Source: Sphagnum compactum
Taxonomy: Eukaryota
NCBI GenBank assembly: GCA_965153455.1
Contig: OZ234493.1
Location: 1,178,001 to 1,242,000 of the forward strand
Direction: 5' to 3'
DNA: 64,000 nt
The notes beneath the pieces were generated by a model, which made no database searches, was not told where the DNA came from, and saw nothing but the letters and a program-made list of their open reading frames with translations. This document shows positions 53,495 to 64,000 of this stretch, piece after piece (the stretch's first letter is position 1; each line of letters starts with the position of its first letter). The translations under genes and the position numbers were made by a program.

Positions 53495-54989
53495 GGACTG
53501 CAAATAGCCCGCCCCCAAAAAAAAGAAGGAAAAAAAAAACCCCCCCGCATTCCCTGCTTTTAATTTCCCACTTCAAAATTCTTCATCTAAGACATTCTTG
53601 TTCTCTCAAATGGCATGAGCTCTCTCCATCACACCACTGAATACACTTTTGACTCCAATTTACACAAACCCAAAAAAGGAAGGTCCCCAACCCAACAACC
53701 AGAAAGCCTAAAAGCCTCAAATGATTGCTCCAGATGATGGCATTACATATACAAAATAGCCTCAAAACAAAAGAAAAGAAATATATATACCAACAAAAGT
53801 AAGTAAGTAGCTGAGAAGGAAGCAGGGCTTGTGCTGCACCTCTTTGGCATTGACGTCATGGCGGAATGGAAAGTACATGTTGGAGAGTGTGTGTTTTTGG
53901 CTGAAGCATTTATCTACAATGAACCTCGTGTGTCCCTTGCCACCATCTCCAACTTCCCATCTCCAACCCAACTCCCTCCCCCCTTTTTGTTGGGCCTGTT
54001 TCAAAAGGGAGAGCTTCACAGTGAGAGAGAGCTTGGTTTTAGGGTTGTTGTTAACCCCAAAAGAAGAACAGCAGCAGCAAAAGACCACCCAAGGGCGGTG
54101 CTCCTTCGCATCATACCATGAATCAGAACTTTAGGGCTGGCTGGCTGGCTAGCTACCAACAATACATAGACATAAGACCCAGTTCCCCAGATGAGCCCAA
54201 GCAACAAACCAACCCAGAGAATTGTGAGTACTTAGGGCTATATTTTTGCAAGGCTTACTGAGAGCAAGCTGAGCTGATGATGCTGACGATGATGATGATG
54301 ATGATGATAATGATGATGAGCTTGAGCGACAAGCTTTTCGGATTTGGAGAAATTCTTGTTCCCCGAATGATAAGTACTTACTTACGTTTAGCTGCAGCAG
54401 CGTGGTTCGGCGAGCGAGCGAGCGAGCGAGCGAGCATATGTAGGGTATGTGATATGTACCTCTGGTGTACCTTTCGTCGACTCGTTCCAGTTGCACAAAA
54501 ACCACGCCTTGTTTGTTTGTTTGTTTTGTTGCTCTTTCCCCACAACCAAAAAACCCTGCTTGTGACCACGTGACTCTCTTCTGTCTCCGATTCCAACCGT
54601 GCTTCTGACTGTGCTCTCCCTTCGTTCCTTCTTCTTATGTTAGAAGCAGATTGTCTCTTTCGTTTCCTTCTGCTCCTTCTTCTTCTTCTTTTCTTCTTCG
54701 TTTCAGATGAAAATTTTGAGGATTTTTTCCCAAATATGTAATTAGCAAATTTTAGGAGTTAGTGTAGTCAAATTTACACTGGAAATGAAAAAAATTCTCA
54801 CATTTCTCACATTTTGTAGGGCAAAAAAAAAAACACTTGCACTTCAAAGTCAGCCTCTGAACCATCATCAGCCATCATCTCACCATCATCCATTCCAAGC
54901 CTCTCACATGACTACTAGGGCTGTTGTGGATGGATGAATCTCAAAATGAGTTCATGTCAGGTTTCAAACCTTGGTAATCTATTCTCAAC

Positions 54990-55170
54990 AGGATAGGTCA
55001 TTGTATTTAGGTAGGTACGTATGTATGTAATTTTTAGTAGGTAGGTGGGTATGTAGCATGGTTGCCAACATCCTTGTTTTAGGATAGGTCATTGTATTTA
55101 GGTAGGTATGTATGTATGTAATTTAAGTAGGTAGGTGGGTATGTAGCATGGTTGCCAATATCCTTGTTTT
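54990..55170. repeat. Near-perfect 91-bp tandem duplication
   Basis: AGGATAGGTCATTGTATTTAGGTAGG...GTTGCCAA.ATCCTTGTTTT at 54990 and 55081. Confidence 0.9.
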
Positions 55171-56429
55171 GGGATGTCACCGGGACTTGAGTTTTGTCAA
55201 TGTTGTTGAAGCACATTAGTGTAACCTCGATGTCATCTTGACATTCTTTCGTTGCCTTCAAACCTTCCCATCGTTCTCTTGACCTTCTTCGTATAGTTTC
55301 CCATTGCTCCCCAAACCTAGCCTATTTCTCAACCTATTTCTCAATAGGCACACGACAATGCATGACTAGTCATGACTTGAACCAACTTTAAACCTAAAGG
55401 TTCAAGGAACGCCAAACCTAGCTTTCATTGACATCATATTTTTCTCATTTCCATTTGGACTTTCTTAATTGGATTACTTGTTCCACTTATAAGATTGTAA
55501 TGCATGTACATTTGGTGGGTTATTGTCCATTTTTGTGTCATTTTTTCCTCATTTTTAATTTTTAATTTTAAAAGTTTGAATATATTTTGAAGATTTTATA
55601 GATCTTACAGTTTGAAGTACATATTTGTTGAAGGGGCAAAAAAACAAACACATTGTTAGGTCCAACCTAAACATCAAATGATCAAGCATTAACATTGTTG
55701 TGTGTTACCATATCAACACCTACAACCAATGTTGTCCACACATATAAACTTAATAACATAACAACCCCCCTAAAAAATGCATAACCTCCAAACCAAAACA
55801 TGATTCACTTGCAACAATGCAAAAATCAAAACCCAAAACACATATGGAAAATCAAACCACTGTGTGCAAAAAAAACTAGCATAATCCATAAAAATTGCAA
55901 AGCATCAAAACACCATGCATTCTAGAATTTCAAATCACCAAAAATGATTTAAGATCACACATTTTGAGATTATATTTCATACATTAGATATTTTAAACCA
56001 TGTTCACATTAAATGCCTATAGTAACTAGGATATAATCACATAACTAACATAAAACTTTTGACAATTGTCATGCATTACCATATTGGTGCCTACAATCAT
56101 CGTTGTCCACATACATAAACTGAATAACATAACAACCCTCCTAGAAAATGCATAACTTCCAAACCACCCCCCTATCTAATGATAAGGTCCCCTTTAACCA
56201 AATAACAATCTAGGAAATCTTTTTTGTAAATCTTATGAACACCTTAGTTTTAAAGTGCAAGGACTAGTAGGCCGAGTGCAAATGTGAGCCCCATTGTAAG
56301 TCACTTGACTTAAACCTTCAAATCTTCAAACAAATGTGAATCACTTTGGAAAAAAACCTAAGGTGTACTTCCTACTATCTAATTCCATAAATAGGATCTT
56401 AAGCTTATGAAGTGCATTGAAAGCAAAAC

Positions 56430-57270
56430 CAATTCCTTGACTAGTATTTTGTCAAAGGGCAATGTAAGGCATCCCATATGCCAACCCCTTGAAAACTGAT
56501 CACACGTCAACATAATGGGAGCCCTTGCAAATTGCCCACACGACATAAAACGAAATATGGTAGGAAGAAGTGCCAAAGATGGGTCAATTTGACCATCCAC
56601 ATTGGGGAGATGACATGGTGCACAATTACGAACGTGTTTCTCTCCATGTCTAACCATTTTTGCCATCCAACAACAACACACAAAAATGTATAACCTTTTA
56701 CACCCACAAAATTACATGTCCTATAATCATGTCCAAAGTAATCAGTGTTGTTTGATGCAAGTACACATAATCTCCTAACTTGGATTTACAAACTTGAAAC
56801 AGATATCCATCTCCTTGAATAGTGGCATGTTCAGTGTCCACCGATGTTGAAATTTTGTTAAATTTTCCATAGCCATGAGCATTACACATCATAACAAAGT
56901 TTATCATTGTTCACATGCCTAAAGCCACACATTTGGATCATCCAAATCAATGATGGCCATCACATCTTATCAAATTGAAGCTAGTAATTTTATCTCACAG
57001 TCTAAATAATAGAAAATATGGTGAGAATCTAGATTCAAGGGAGGCCTAGCAACTAAACCTATACCCCATAACTAACCATGGTAGTTGTGGATCCCAATCT
57101 CCAATATGGCCCTTTTGGAACCCAATTTCACAAATTTTACTTCATCATCTGCACCATCCATTCAATTAACCCATTGCTTCATGATGATTTTGTGAAGTAT
57201 AGTGCGATGATCTATTAAAAAAATTTCACAAAACTTTTGAAACTCCCCATGGAATTCCATACCTTGATGG
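56430..57270 (-). mobile_element. Degenerate Ty3/gypsy LTR-retrotransposon integrase with C-terminal PHD finger
   Basis: Minus strand reads QGMEFHGEFQKFCE...IDHRT...NGLIEWMVQ...DWDPQLPWLVMGYRF (integrase core), then GDYVYL...RNCAPCHLPNVDGQIDP...CGQ...MLTCDQFSRGWHMGCLTLP (PHD-like Cys/His pattern). Frameshifted; no LTRs identified. Confidence 0.75.
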
Positions 57271-59269
57271 GGCAATGGTTATAAATGTGGTGTAGGTGTG
57301 TTGAATGATACTTGCACTCAATCACACATCACACACCAAGACACAAACTATTGAATTTACAACTACATCCCTCATCACTATTACTATAGTCGGAACAAAC
57401 TATAAATCCAACAAACCCCAAAATGGCCCAATTTTTCATGAACATGTCATATAAGGTTTCATGTTGTTTTGGGTGAAATACAACCCACACTTGCCCATCC
57501 ACCCACACCCATAGGAAGGAATTACCTTCCCACTTTAGTTATTTAGCCCTAGATGCACAACATGGTTTGTTCCTTGGGTTTTAATCCAATCAGAATTTCA
57601 CATGCTTACAAATATGCAATGACCAATGTATCGTGATGTATATTTAAAGTTCACCATCACCTTATAATTTAAGGTTCACAACACATGAATCCCTATAACT
57701 CATGTCAATCTGAGGTGCATCCCCAAAACACCTCATAAGGTACATATGTATGTGAAAGCATGTCAATCCTAGTACCACTTCCAAATTTGCATCCCCATGT
57801 TAGTGAGCACTTATAATATTTTCCTCATTAATGCCAAAATTCAGAAAATAAAAAGGAATAATATTCAGTTCTTTAAGGTAAGCAAGTTTGATTTTTTTAA
57901 ATGTAAAAAAACCATATGAAAGTTGATTAAAAAAAAAAGAAAAAAGACTTGACAAGAAGGTTAAACTAGGCTCTCATGTGTGATCAAATGTTTCTAAAAA
58001 TTGAGGTCACATATTAAAGTAACCATAGTACCTTTTTAACTTCGACATCAAGGTGCCAAATTTTATTTTATTTTTCAAAATCTAGTTTGGTTATAAGCAA
58101 AAATAATTTATGAAATTTCAGCAATAAAAATAGGTAGCTTCTCATTTCAACAAATGCAATATTCCCAAATATTCACCATTATCCTTCACTAATATTTTTT
58201 GATTCGGAAGAAATCATTTTTGAAAATTTCAACCTTTTTGAAAATAATATAATTAGTGTTGAATTGGCCAAGGTACTAGGGTATTCCATTTCCAATAATC
58301 CACACTTTCATATTCACTATCCATTTATGTTAGGATGCATGACTTCGTTACATATAGGACATTAATGAATGAGAACATTTCCTAGCTTCATTAGGTGTAT
58401 AGCCTAAAGGTTAGTGGTGATTGAAGGGGGGAACTTGGTTATGAACCAATTTCTAAATTGTTTGTCAACATCTTGTATGTAGTGTTTTTTGTTTTTTTTT
58501 TCTTTGGTTTTGTGGTTTCAAATGTTTGGTGATTTTTCCAAAATTTTAGCATTTTTTGGGTCGGATTTATACTAAAAAATTCAAAATTCAAAAATTTCCC
58601 CCCCTTTTTTTTGGGGGCCAAATGGCAAAAATTCGTCGCAAAAAAAAATCACTAGCCAATTCATCACAAAAAATCATTGGCTAGTGATGTTTTTTTGGTG
58701 GCAAGTTTTCGCCATTTTGAGAAAAATATTTCGAAAAAAGAATGTTTTGTCACAAATTCCCCTGTTTGTGAAAAAAATTTGTAAAATAAATTTTCATTTA
58801 AAGAATCGCTAAAAATTGTTGCAATTGCCTACAAAATGAAAGGGCAATTAATAAGTTTACTTTAAATATCACCAAAGTTCGCTAAATAGAATTATGGATG
58901 ATCCCCACTTGAGCATTATCACAAAATTGAAAAAGAAACACATAGAAAAACACGAACACACACATTTTATTATGAGGTACTTGGAAACTCCCATTAAGTT
59001 TTTTCCAAAGGAATTTTAGAAAAAAGTGTGGCTTACAAATTCCAATTTCCTAATCTAATTATTGCAGCATTTAAATGGAATTTCTCACAGAAAATATTTA
59101 AATACTTTATTATTATTCTACACTGAGCCTTTCCCTTATACGTATTCATCCAACGTATGGATACGGATACGGTGTCTCTCCCGCTCCACACTCCTCTCTT
59201 CGCTCGCGACCCGCTTTCCTGTTGTCGTCGTCGTCGTCGTCATCGTCGTCGTTCTGCGTCGCTTGTCGT

Positions 59270-59310
<41 letters not shown>

Positions 59311-59426
59311 CTCTCCAATAGCTTCAGTGTCTGCTAAAAAGAAACCAGGAAAAAGAGGGAGAGGCGAACAAGAAAGAGGAGATCAGAGTTGGGAGTTGGG
59401 GGTGGGGGGAGGGGGGGAAAGGAACC

Positions 59427-62064
59427 ATGGCTAGTGCGTGTGGTGCAGTGGCGGTTGTATCGGGTTTCCAAAACCTTCGGCAAGCTTGTATCTTATCATC
59501 TCCAGGTGCACATCGGTTATTATTTCTCACTCCTGGAGAATTTGTCTTGAATGGCTTGCTTGCTTGGCCCCCCCCCGGTTTCTTCATGGTTGCCCTCTCT
59601 ACTGGGGTTTCCTGACTGACGGACGGACTGACTGACTGACTGTTGTGCTTGGAATTCCAGGGGCCTAAGAATGTGTTCGAGGACCTCTTGTTCTGTTTTT
59701 CTACGGATTGTTTGTGTGTGTGTGCGCGCGCGCACTCTTTTGGGGAATTACAGTGTAGAACTTATTGAGGGAATATTGAATGCAAATTGAGATTCATGAG
59801 CTTAGGTGGTAACTAAATTCTTCTGAAGAAAATGTCAAGACTGTTGCATACATCATGTTGCTCGCATGTGTGCCTCACTGGATTGGTAAGGAATTGGATG
59901 TAATTTCTTATGTTTGCTGATTTCTTATGCTCAGCTGGTTTCATGTCAGCTAATTAGGTCATTGAATTTTGTGCCATGGATGTTGAATGTGAAGGAATGT
60001 AAGAGTTTTTAAAGCAAAAGGATTGATATTCCTCTTTCTGTTGTTTCTATGATGATACTTTGCACTATTCGAACTGCTGGAAAAAAAAATTTGAACTAAT
60101 GACAGCTGAGAAAAATACCATGAGAGACCTTCCTTGCCATGTCAGGGCATTGATTTCATGACCCTGCAAGAGTTGCTACTTTGGTGTTGTTTCCTGATTC
60201 CTCACTGTGAAATGGAACAACAGGTTTTAGGGTTAGCAATGACATATCCTTGAAGAGGACAAATGGGCATGTGAGGTCTCCTCAACGCCCCTTGACTATC
60301 ACTAGTCTCTGGGGACAAAAGAAGGGCAACGAAAACCCTGAAGAAGCTTCCAAGCAGGTATGCTGTACATTTTTGTGTTGAACTCACATTGAAAGGCCTT
60401 GAAAGATGATAGTATTAGTTGAGACCATGTAAGCTTGTGGGTACTGCTCTTTTGTCTGATGAACCCTCAGGAGAGACCTAACATTGTGTGGGTTTGTTTG
60501 CAGCAAGGGTTGGGGATGTTTGGGAACATGCAAGGATTGTATGATACTGTGAGGAAAGCCCAGCAAGTTGTTCAGGTTGAAGCTGTTCGTGTCCAGAAAG
60601 AGCTTGCAGCGTATGGTGTCTACTCTCTATTCCTCATTTTTTTGTCTCTGGATTCTGTCTAAGCCAGGCAAATGATTGGTTTGGTTATGTTCTAGGTCCT
60701 GCTTTTGTTGGTTTGTTTTTGTTAGTCACATAGTTCTTGCAGTCGTTTCACTTTACAACATTGTTGTGGACCCCTCTGTTGCAGAGCTGAGTTTGATGGG
60801 TATTGTGATGGTGAGCTTGTGAAGGTCAGTCTGGCCCCTTGACCTTTTTAGGCAACTCGAAATATCTTTAAGAGGACAGTTGTCTAAAGTTTCAGTATCA
60901 TGTTAGTGTAAAGCTTTGGCACTTTGGATGCAAGCGGGGTTTCAGTTTTCAACAACTGAGAGTATCATCATCTTTTGATTCAGGTCACCCTTTCTGGCAA
61001 TCAAGAGCCAGTCCGTGTTGATATTACTGATGCTGCTTTAGAGGAAGGAGCTGAAGTAAGTTGTTTCTTCCATGGACCTTGCATCATTTCCATCAACACC
61101 TCCTTCAAATCAAGTCTTCTTGGAATGGTAGTAAAGAGCTGCACATCTAGGTTGAGTGGTGTGGAGCTTGGATCTCTGTTGGTTTGGAACCCCTCAAAAC
61201 AGTAAATGCTGTGGGGCTCACAATGAAACTATGTGACAATCTGAATATGCCTCCAACCTGTTTAATCTGGACAAGAAAGCTTTTAACACAGTCCTATCCT
61301 ATCCAAGTGCCATTTCTTTCAAGGAAAAATTTAACGTACTACTCTGAAGATTGGTAATTTTGAGTTTGAACGCAGTTTAACTTTGGATTGTGCAACTGGG
61401 CTTCACATTTGATGTCATGATGTCTTGTTCCTTGCAGAAGTTATCAATACTAGTAAATGACGCATATAAGGATGCTCACACAAAAAGTGTTACGGTCAGT
61501 AATTCTTTCTTGTAACCCTCTCAAGTCAACATGGACAAGGAAGATGAACAAGGCATGTGAAGTGACCTCAGGTTGCTAAGAATTTAATGTCTGGTTTAAG
61601 AATCCTGTTTAGGTTCATGTGACATACTTTTCAGGCCAATTTGCAAATATTTTTGCAGTAGTGGAAACTTTTGGCTTTGGGGTCCCCATTAACTAGTCTC
61701 AAGCTCAAGAATATATTTCTAGAAATCAATCACAGGCAGTAAAATGGTATCTCAATATAATGAGATCACTGCTTAAGGCTTCTTATCACTGCAGTTTGTT
61801 GGGGTTGTGCATTCTATCAGTAATGTGAAACTTGTGTTGATTAGATGTGAATGTGTTCAGCATATTTGTTCCCCCTCCTGCTCAAATTGTCCACAATGTT
61901 ATTGGCATCAAGCTCACCTCATGAATAGAACTCTCTTGCAAACATTTCCTCAATGAATTAATATGATTTGATGGGATGTGCAGGCCATGAAGGAGCGCAT
62001 GAAGAATTTAGCAGAAAGTCTAGGCATGCCACCAGGGCTCAGTGGAGGTCCACCTGGTGCCTAG
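59427..62064 (+). CDS. Chloroplast YbaB/EbfC family nucleoid-associated protein (STIC2-like; 189 aa, 7 exons)
   Basis: Exons 59427-59505, 60224-60357, 60504-60610, 60785-60824, 60984-61055, 61438-61494, 61984-62064; phases consistent, 570 nt. Transit-peptide-like N-terminus; motifs GNMQGLYDTVRKAQQVVQVEAVRVQKELAAAEFDGYC, VTLSGNQEPVRVDIT and AYKDAH..SV.AMKERM..LA.SLGMP. Confidence 0.93.
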
Positions 62065-62692
62065 AAACATTGTATTTAACACCTGTCAACAAGTGGGGTC
62101 CCAGTCCATGTGCTGCAAATTAGGATTCTAGAGGGCTCAAATTGTGCTCAATTTTGATGAGGTGGGTGGGTTTTGTAATTCAGAGTTTTGCAGTCAAATT
62201 CCTCTGCTTCTCTGTCAGAATGAAAATTCTCTTTGAACTTTTTTGTTATGATATGATCCTGTCATTGGAGGATGTGCCCATTGCAGGATAGTATCATATC
62301 CGTGAATTATGATATTCTTTTTGTAGAGTTATGTCATGGATGCAACTCTATTTTGGATTTAAAGAGAAAGTAGCAAGTTGCTTTTTGTAGAAAGTGAATG
62401 GGGCTCCATGGCCATCATTGGACTGCATTCTTACTTTCAGCAGGGGTAATAGTGTTTGGGGTGCCCGTGGTTTTTCCTCAGAAGAGAAGTATGAGAGAAT
62501 CTTGAGGGTGTTATTGACAATCATCCCTCTTCTTCAAGACCTAACAAGCTTAGGAGTTAGGTTCAAAGATATGTGGTGCATAGACTTGAATTGCAGACCA
62601 GAGACGCAAAAAAGACAGGCACCAGGTTTTAGTAAAGTTGTGGGGTTGAAGGAATGCTCCCTTCAAGCTGTCCCGTGCATGGTGCCACAAGG

Positions 62693-62822
62693 ATGACATT
62701 ATGCCTTTCCATTGCCCAAGTTTGCAGTGTCAAAGTTACAGTGAGGATTCTTAGAGCATGACATTATGCCTTTCCATTGCCCAAGTTTGCAGTGTCAAAG
62801 TTACAGTGAGGATTCTTAGAGC
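62693..62822. repeat. Perfect 65-bp tandem duplication overlapping the MITE left end
   Basis: ATGACATTATGCC...GAGGATTCTTAGAGC at 62693 and 62758. Confidence 0.92.
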
Positions 62823-63119
62823 ATCTCCACCGCAAACCTGGAAACAATACCTTTATGTTAAAATAGAATAGTGTTTAATGATCACTGTCCCCACCCACGA
62901 ATGTCATAAAAGTCCCTTTAAACAGTCAAAGACCATTTATATCTTTACATCTGGACCAGTAATAGTCACTGTCCAAATCCATAGTAGAAAAAAGATTTTA
63001 AAGGGGTTAAAATGACCACTGCAAAATCGACATCAATACAGGAGCGCACCAGGATTTATGCCATCCTCCTGCAAGATTTAATAAAAAGGGGTGTTTGCAG
63101 GTGTGGGGTGGAGATGCCC
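62819..63119. mobile_element. Tourist/PIF-Harbinger-type MITE (301 bp)
   Basis: TTA|GAGCATCTCCACC...GGTGGAGATGCCC|TTA: a 13-bp TIR with 1 mismatch, a subterminal GCAAAC/GTTTGC inverted match, and a TTA target-site duplication. Confidence 0.85.
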
Positions 63120-63762
63120 TTACTCATGTAGTGGAGACTCAGGACTTCAGAGATCAATGCAGAACCCTGACTGCAATTTCTGTGATGTCTCAATCCCTGA
63201 TTTGCAAAAGCATACGGGGTTCTGGATTTGACTCTCTTAGTGAATGATGATGTGTGAGAATTTTCAATTCTTTAAAGAATTCATCGTGTTTTGATTCTGG
63301 CATCCAGTTTAAGTTGTACAGATTGTTTTCATTTTCCATAATACACACTCATGTACAATGTTGATATCATGGAAGCCCAATCCTTCAGAACTTCCGGCAA
63401 CCAATTGGATTTCTTCCCGAATTTAGATTTTTTTAATTCATGTGACCCCACCCAGGTGCGAGTTAAAAAATTCAAACCTTGGATTGAAAATAAGCAAACC
63501 ATCTTATGTGTACTCCACTGACCAATGTGCCCCTGTGCCCCACCCCCAAAACACAAGAAAAACAAGAAAGAAATGACAAAAGAACTTATGAAGCAGTTGT
63601 AATGGTGTTTGGGGAACCGATGAGATCATGGAGCATGGACAAGTCGACTCTGCTCTTAAATAGTTGGGAAAATACATGGGCATGTACACAATATATGTAT
63701 GGCAAGAAGTACCTTCCTGATCCTCAATACTTACCAAGACAGACTACTGGCATCATCTGCTG

Positions 63763-63960
63763 TCATATTTCCCACCATGCAGGCAGTGCAACGAAACTAG
63801 TAGCTTGGGTGTCGTAGATCGTAGTGTTCCGAAAGAAGGAATTTGTTGAACCCGAGGGTGTGAAAAAAGCGCCATTCAAGAATAGGTCACCGGATGATGT
63901 CCAATTCCAAGTGTTTGCGGATCCAAAATCACTGCCTCCATCATTGATGCGCATAGTCAC
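63763..63960 (-). CDS. Pectate lyase (PL1), last exon; the gene continues beyond the window and the C-terminus appears frameshifted
   Basis: Acceptor TTGCAG at 63961, then VTMRINDGGSDFGSANTWNWTSSGDLFLNGAFFTPSG, matching the plant pectate lyase motif WNWxSxGDLxLNGAFF. Confidence 0.85.
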   Translation of the reverse strand: MTMRINDGGSDFGSANTWNWTSSGDLFLNGAFFTPSGSTNSFFRNTTIYDTQATSFVALPAWWEI

Positions 63961-64000
63961 CTGCAAAGTGTGTTTCATAAATTGATCAGCGATGGACCCT

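Overview
Intron-rich eukaryotic land-plant DNA. The composition, short GT-AG introns, scattered TTTAGGG tracts and repeat families suggest a moss such as Sphagnum (inference). Hand-built splice models give seven genes: (1) a secreted/membrane LEA + DUF4149 (TMEM205-like) protein (+, 2500-5484); (2) a 9-exon, ~1039-aa PRUNE/PPX1-like DHH-family protein with degenerate catalytic motifs and a very long disordered N-terminus (-, 7248-12770); (3) a 15-exon, ~1190-aa PP2C-cNMP-cNMP-kinase fusion of the plant PKG-like type (-, 21369-28072); (4) a small-exon gene largely invisible in the ORF track with motifs reminiscent of flagellar microtubule inner proteins (-, 34782-38970); (5) CCR4-NOT subunit NOT2 (-, 47925-53494); (6) a plastid YbaB/EbfC protein (+, 59427-62064); (7) the last exon of a pectate lyase with an apparently frameshifted tail (-, 63763-63960). 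Intergenic DNA holds minisatellites, two Tourist/PIF-like MITEs, an RLE-type non-LTR retrotransposon relic and a Ty3/gypsy integrase relic with a PHD finger. No rRNA, tRNA or CRISPR array was seen. Exon coordinates were read by eye and family assignments come from recalled motifs, not database searches.
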